From positions 256,001-320,000 of the forward strand of contig CBDFMQ010000002.1 in assembly GCA_965249725.1 (NCBI GenBank): a stretch of DNA of 64,000 nucleotides. The letters are read 5' to 3'. Numbering within the stretch: the first letter of the stretch is position 1; each line of letters opens with the position of its first letter. The stretch is from Longimicrobiales bacterium (lineage in GTDB: Bacteria > Gemmatimonadota > Gemmatimonadetes > Longimicrobiales > Gaopeijiaceae). The position numbers and the translations under genes are program-made. The notes beneath the pieces were generated by a model. The model did no database searches, was not told where the DNA came from, and saw nothing but the letters and a program-made list of their open reading frames with translations. Below are positions 59,053-64,000 of the stretch, in pieces.

Positions 59053-60525
59053 TTGTCGTCCAAGTCCGAAGTCTTCAGTTCACGCTGGGGCATGCTCCTG
59101 GCCATGCTCGGCATGGCTGTGGGTACGGGGAATATCTGGCGCTTTCCGCGCATCGCCGCGTCGAACGGTGGCGGATCGTTCCTGGTGGCTTGGGTGGTGT
59201 TTCTCCTGCTCTGGTCGGTACCGCTGCTGATCCTCGAGTTCGGGATGGGCAAGGCGACTCGATCGGGTACGGTCGGTGCCTTCGTGAAGACCATCGGGCC
59301 GAAGTTCGCCTGGATGGGCGCCTGGGTGGCGTTCGTCGCCACCGCCATCATGTTCTACTACAGCGTCGTCATGGGATGGACCATCCGGTTCTTCCTGGCG
59401 AGCGTGATGGGCGACGTGCCGTCCGCTGTGCCGGAGGCTTTTTGGGAGGGCTTCGCCGGCTCGCCATGGGCGCTAGTCACCCACTTGGTTGCAATGGGGA
59501 TGGGGCTGTTCGTGGTGTCCAAGGGAGTGAAGGGCATCGAGACGGCCGCCAAGTTCCTGATCCCCAGCCTGATCATCCTGGTCATCATTCTGGCGATACG
59601 GGCAGTGACCCTGCCGGGTGCGGGCGCCGGCCTGGCGTTCCTCTTCACTCCCCATCTGGCCGACCTGGCTGATTCGAAGATCTGGCTCGAGGCCCTCACG
59701 CAGAACGCGTGGGACACCGGGGCCGGTTGGGGTCTGGTTCTCACGTATGCCGTCTACATGAGGAGCCAGGAGGACACGGCGCTCAACGCGTTCGTTATCG
59801 GGTTCGGCAACAACTCCATGTCGCTTCTGGCGGGCATCATGGTGCTGGCGACCGTGTTCTCCGTGATGCCGGATGCCGCCGATCAGATCGTGGGCGCGGG
59901 CAACGAGGGGCTGACGTTCATCTGGGTGCCGCAGCTCTTCGCACTCATTCCTGGGGGGCGCTTCTTCATGTCCCTCTTCTTCTTGGCTCTCGTGTTCGCG
60001 GCTTGGACGTCCCTCGTAGCCATGATCGAACTGGCCAGTCGAATCCTCATTGATCTGGGCATGACGCGTGGTCGCGCGATCACCCTGGTGGGAACCGCCG
60101 GCATCCTGTTCGGCGCACCGAGCGCGCTCAACTGGAGCGACACCCCCGGAGCCGGGCCCTTCTTCGCGAATCAGGACTGGGTCTGGGGTGTCGGGCTGAT
60201 GCTCTCGGGCTTCTTCTTCGCGTTCGCCGTGCTGAAGTACGGCGTCACTCAATGGAGGGAGAAGTTCATCAACACCGGTGACTCGGACATCCATATCGGA
60301 GCCTGGTGGGATTGGGCCATCCGGTTGGTGATCGTCGAGTCGGTGGTCCTCATGGCTTGGTGGCTGTACCAGGCCCAGGGCGGGTCGTTCGCCGAGACGT
60401 GGACGCTCTTCTCTGCCTTCAACGTCGGTTCTGTTCTGATCCAGTGGGCCATCGCTCTGGTCGTCCTCTACCTCTTGAATGGGTGGTTGGTGGCGAAGCT
60501 CCCCGGTGCCCCCGAGGACGGTTAG
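59053..60525 (+). CDS. Sodium-dependent transporter, NSS (LeuT-like) family
   Basis: FSSRWG, GMAVGTGNIWRFP, NGGGSF, GLTF. Confidence 0.92.
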   Translation: MSSKSEVFSSRWGMLLAMLGMAVGTGNIWRFPRIAASNGGGSFLVAWVVFLLLWSVPLLILEFGMGKATRSGTVGAFVKTIGPKFAWMGAWVAFVATAIMFYYSVVMGWTIRFFLASVMGDVPSAVPEAFWEGFAGSPWALVTHLVAMGMGLFVVSKGVKGIETAAKFLIPSLIILVIILAIRAVTLPGAGAGLAFLFTPHLADLADSKIWLEALTQNAWDTGAGWGLVLTYAVYMRSQEDTALNAFVIGFGNNSMSLLAGIMVLATVFSVMPDAADQIVGAGNEGLTFIWVPQLFALIPGGRFFMSLFFLALVFAAWTSLVAMIELASRILIDLGMTRGRAITLVGTAGILFGAPSALNWSDTPGAGPFFANQDWVWGVGLMLSGFFFAFAVLKYGVTQWREKFINTGDSDIHIGAWWDWAIRLVIVESVVLMAWWLYQAQGGSFAETWTLFSAFNVGSVLIQWAIALVVLYLLNGWLVAKLPGAPEDG

Positions 60526-60543
60526 GCCCGGATCAAGGTAGTC

Positions 60544-61194
60544 ATGGCGACAGAGTCCAAGCAGGCTAAGACGGAGCGTGCGGCCGAGGCCTTTGCGCTT
60601 CTGGCCCAGGAGTACCCGGACGCCCACTGCGCCCTCGAGCATATCGACGCCTACCAGCTGGGAGTCGCCACCATCCTCTCCGCTCAGACCACCGACGAGC
60701 GGGTGAACATGGTCACGCCTGAGTTGTTCGAGCGGTACCCTACGCCCGGAGACCTGGCAGCGGCCGACCAGGCAGACGTGGAGGAGATCGTTCGCTCTAC
60801 GGGGTTCTTTCGAAACAAGGCGAAGAACATCATCGGATTCGCCCTGGGGGTAACCGAGGAGCATGCCGGTGAGGTCCCCCGCACCATGGAGGAGCTTCAC
60901 GCCCTACCCGGCGTCGGACGCAAGACCGCCAACGTCATCCTCGGAAATGCCTTTGGCATCGACGAAGGCATGGTCGTCGATACGCATGTGAAGCGGATCT
61001 CCGGCCTGCTCGGGTTCACGAAGGAGAAAACGCCCGAGAAGATCGAGCAGGACCTCATGCGCCTCTTCCCGAGTGACCGGTGGACGCTCCTGGCGCACCT
61101 GCTGATCTTTCATGGTCGCCAGATCTGTGACGCTCGGAAGCCGCGTTGCGAAGCTTGCCCATTGTCTCACCTCTGCCCGTCGTCCAGAGTTTAA
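60544..61194 (+). CDS. nth: Endonuclease III
   Basis: LSAQTTD, LPGVGRKTA (HhH), VDTHV, C-x6-C-x2-C-x5-C. Confidence 0.96.
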   Translation: MATESKQAKTERAAEAFALLAQEYPDAHCALEHIDAYQLGVATILSAQTTDERVNMVTPELFERYPTPGDLAAADQADVEEIVRSTGFFRNKAKNIIGFALGVTEEHAGEVPRTMEELHALPGVGRKTANVILGNAFGIDEGMVVDTHVKRISGLLGFTKEKTPEKIEQDLMRLFPSDRWTLLAHLLIFHGRQICDARKPRCEACPLSHLCPSSRV

Positions 61195-61299
61195 GGAACG
61201 AGGCCGGCATCTCCGGCAAGAAACGAGGGACTCGTTCGTAGGAGTTACCCATGGGAACTCCTCTCCCTGATCCGCGATTTGGACGACCAGGAGTACACG

Positions 61300-61878
61300 T
61301 TGAGTGAAACCATGCCCGAACGGGCCGAGGCGCTGGAGCTCCTCGAGAGCTGGGTCGAGAACGACGGACTCAGAAAGCACATGCTGGGCGTGGAGGCCGC
61401 GGTGCGGCATTACGCCCGTATGTACGGAGAGGATGAGGACGTCTGGGGTATGGCGGGGCTGCTTCACGACCTGGATTGGGAGAAGTACCCGGATGAGCAT
61501 CCACACCGAGGCCTGCAGGAGCTCGAGCAACGAGGCTACCCGATGGAGGTCGTGCGGGCGGTCCAGACGCACGCTCCGAATCGGACCGGCGTGGAGCCCG
61601 AGTCTCTTCTGGAGCGGGTCCTGTTCGCGTGTGACGAACTCTCGGGACTCGTCTACGCTTGCTGTCTGGTGAGGCCCAACGGGATCGACGACCTCAGCCC
61701 CAAGTCCGTGACCAAGAAACTGAAGGACAAGGCGTTCGCCGCCGGAGTGGACCGCGACGATGTGGCGCGGGGCGTAGAACTCCTGGGTATAGAGCGAGCT
61801 GAGCACATTCAGAACGTGATCGACGGGATGAGGGCGATCGGGGATGTCCTTCAGATCCGTGCGGAGGACAAGGCGTAG
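61300..61878 (+). CDS. HD-superfamily (HDIG-like) phosphohydrolase
   Basis: LRKH, GLLHDLD, ACDELSG, KKLKDKAFAAGV; TTG 61300 preceded by AGGAG. Confidence 0.85.
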   Translation: MSETMPERAEALELLESWVENDGLRKHMLGVEAAVRHYARMYGEDEDVWGMAGLLHDLDWEKYPDEHPHRGLQELEQRGYPMEVVRAVQTHAPNRTGVEPESLLERVLFACDELSGLVYACCLVRPNGIDDLSPKSVTKKLKDKAFAAGVDRDDVARGVELLGIERAEHIQNVIDGMRAIGDVLQIRAEDKA

Positions 61879-64000
61879 TGCACCGCAGGCTTCTCCCGCT
61901 CCTCGCGCTCATTGCCGCACTCCCTCACGGGACGGCTGCCGCGCAGGACGTCGAGATGTTGGCGCGCGAGTACGGCACGACCCCTCCCGCGGGCTACTAC
62001 GCCGAGCTTCAGCGAAATCCTGATGCCTACCGCTTCGGCAGGGGTTGGCGCCCCGAGGCGCCGGCGGATGCCGGGCGCTTGTTCCGTACCGGGAACTTCC
62101 GTGGCGCCGCGACGCTGGGCCGCCGCGAAGGAGGCGTGAGTGGCACCTTTACCTTCCCGCTCATTCTCGGGCTGTTTGCGGATACGCCTGGTCTACCGAT
62201 GGGCAAGGTGGGGTGTCGTGCTCCCTGTACTGTGGGCCCTCCCGCGGAACCGCTCACACGCGACATCATTCAGCGTGAGTTCTTCGACGGCCCCAATAGC
62301 ATCCTCAGCACGATTCCAGAGTTCTACACGGAGGTGTCCGGGGGTCGAGTGACCTTGGTGGGAGACGCGCACGACTGGTTCCAGACCACCCTCACCGGCG
62401 AAGACGTCACTGGAGACAGCGACGGGCTCAGCAGCACGGATATGGTCGGGGAGTTCATCATCGAGATCCTCGTCGGACTGGACGACGGCACGCTGGACTG
62501 GGGGCAGTACGACAACGACGGACCCGATGGGTTGCCCAACTCCGGAGATGACGACGGCTACGTCGATGTGCTCACGGTCATGCATCCGACGGCGGGTGGC
62601 GAGTGCTTTGTGAGCGGCGTAGGACGCGTGTGGTCGCACCGGTGGCAGCTCTCCGTCTCTGCGGCGGCTACGGTCGATCCGATTTTGCAGGCTTACGTGA
62701 CTCAGACGGCTTCCGCGAACGGAGGCCAGATCCTAATCGACGACTATGCGATCGTCGCGGCGCTGGGGTGTGACACGCAGCACATCAACCAGATCGGCAT
62801 CTTCTCGCACGAGCTGGGACACGGCTTCGGTCTTCCCGACCTCTACGCCGTGGGGGGGAGCCACGGGGGCGTCGGACGGTGGGGCCTCATGGGCTCGGGG
62901 GCATGGGGCTGCAGCGGTGGCGTGCCCGCCGTTCCTTGTCACATGACGGCCTGGAGCAAGGAGGCGCTGGGGTGGGCCAACGTGATGACACTTGCTCCCG
63001 ACTCCGATCTCGGTGTGATCACACTCGATCCGGTGGAGACCACGGGTGACTTGATTCGAATCAATGCCTCCGACGGCAGTGGCGACTATGTGCTGCTTGA
63101 GAATCGCCAGCCGACGGGCTTCGACGTAAACCTGTTCTCCCCGGGCCTCCTCGTCTGGCAGATTGACGAGAACATGGTGTCGAGCCGGTGGAATTCGAAC
63201 AGCGTCAACTCATCCTCCGAGCGTCTGGGGGTCTGGCTCCGGCAGGCGGATGGCGAGAACGATCTGGCATTGGGCACCCAACGGGGCGATTCAGGAGATC
63301 CTTTCCCGGGCTCATCCGGGCAGGACCGCTTCACGGCGGGGTCCGTCCCCGCCGCGTTCACGTACGACGGCCTCAACGGTGAGGACGGAGTGCCGCCGGG
63401 CTTGGCATCGGGTATCACCTTGCTCGACATCCAACAGGTGGGTGAGCAGATGCAGTTTCGTGTGCTCACCCGTTACCAGGCTCTCATCCTCGAGGCCACC
63501 GGTGCGCTGGGCCCCGTTCCCTTCGTGGTGGACGGAGTGGAGACGCCTGGGAACCCCACCAGCGTCGTGTCGGCCCCGTTTCAGACCCACGTGGTCGAGG
63601 CCGCGGGCGGAGAGGAGTCCGTAGACGGCTTCCGGAACGGGTTCGTGTCATGGGAGGATGGGTCCGGACGGAGCCGGGAATGGACGACTCAGCTCTCCGA
63701 CGCGACCCTCACCGCGACCTACGGGAATCCCGAGGTGCGCTTCGACCTGACCCTCGACCATCCCGTGCCGGGAGTCGAGGCGGGCCAGATCGTCACCAAT
63801 CCTCCGTCGGAAGACGGGTGGGTGCAGCTCGGCACCGAGGTGAGCGTCGGGGTCGAAACCAATATCGGCTTTGCCTTCCGAGAGTGGACCGGCGCGCTCG
63901 CGGGTCAGGGTAATCCGGCCATCATCGCCCTCACTGAACCCGCGGACGCCGGCGCGCTGTTCGACGTTACGTTCGGGCTCGCGGGGGCGCCCACTCTGAA
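61878..64000 (+). CDS. Secreted M6 (immune inhibitor A-like) metalloprotease, 3'-truncated by the window
   Basis: Manual translation from GTG 61878: signal peptide, YDNDGPDGxPNSGDDDGYVD, WSHRW, HELGHGFGLPDLY (62808), LMGSG, LENRQ; absent from the ORF track because no stop lies in the window. Confidence 0.88.
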   Translation, partial: MHRRLLPLLALIAALPHGTAAAQDVEMLAREYGTTPPAGYYAELQRNPDAYRFGRGWRPEAPADAGRLFRTGNFRGAATLGRREGGVSGTFTFPLILGLFADTPGLPMGKVGCRAPCTVGPPAEPLTRDIIQREFFDGPNSILSTIPEFYTEVSGGRVTLVGDAHDWFQTTLTGEDVTGDSDGLSSTDMVGEFIIEILVGLDDGTLDWGQYDNDGPDGLPNSGDDDGYVDVLTVMHPTAGGECFVSGVGRVWSHRWQLSVSAAATVDPILQAYVTQTASANGGQILIDDYAIVAALGCDTQHINQIGIFSHELGHGFGLPDLYAVGGSHGGVGRWGLMGSGAWGCSGGVPAVPCHMTAWSKEALGWANVMTLAPDSDLGVITLDPVETTGDLIRINASDGSGDYVLLENRQPTGFDVNLFSPGLLVWQIDENMVSSRWNSNSVNSSSERLGVWLRQADGENDLALGTQRGDSGDPFPGSSGQDRFTAGSVPAAFTYDGLNGEDGVPPGLASGITLLDIQQVGEQMQFRVLTRYQALILEATGALGPVPFVVDGVETPGNPTSVVSAPFQTHVVEAAGGEESVDGFRNGFVSWEDGSGRSREWTTQLSDATLTATYGNPEVRFDLTLDHPVPGVEAGQIVTNPPSEDGWVQLGTEVSVGVETNIGFAFREWTGALAGQGNPAIIALTEPADAGALFDVTFGLAGAPTL

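Noticed and set aside
1..64000. Prophage, IS, integron or defence island
   Set aside because: No integrase, transposase, phage structural or recognisable defence genes, and no obvious compositional break

Overview
GC-rich bacterial chromosomal segment with about 50 CDS and no rRNA, tRNA, CRISPR array or transposase that I can recognise. The many Sec, Tat and lipoprotein-exported hydrolases, Ig-like lipoprotein, choice-of-anchor-B protein and alpha2-type GlyRS suggest a Gemmatimonadota-like heterotroph (inference). Layout: (i) 0.2-17.7 kb, exported peptide/D-amino-acid scavenging genes: 3 M24 peptidases, DmpA, a circularly permuted Tat D-amino-acid oxidase, a Tat racemase, a cyclase, an amidohydrolase, an APC permease and a hidden M1-peptidase remnant. 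(ii) An orphan pseudopilin/HD-GYP operon. (iii) rsmD, USP, ion transporter and MFS genes. (iv) cstA/CC-terminal protein/ArsA-like ATPase/TRAP operon with a 13-bp VNTR. (v) 35.9-52 kb, the most unusual part: four of six paralogous secreted His-lined LVIVD-type beta-propeller proteins, a multicopper-oxidase homologue that keeps its type-1 Cu site but has lost three trinuclear-cluster histidines, a DUF5916-like outer-membrane protein, a giant repeat lipoprotein and a small Cys/His/Met exported protein. This is a candidate undescribed copper-dependent periplasmic system. (vi) nfuA, glyQS, nth, an HD hydrolase and a partial M6 protease. All family calls are by motif recognition only; no database search was run.
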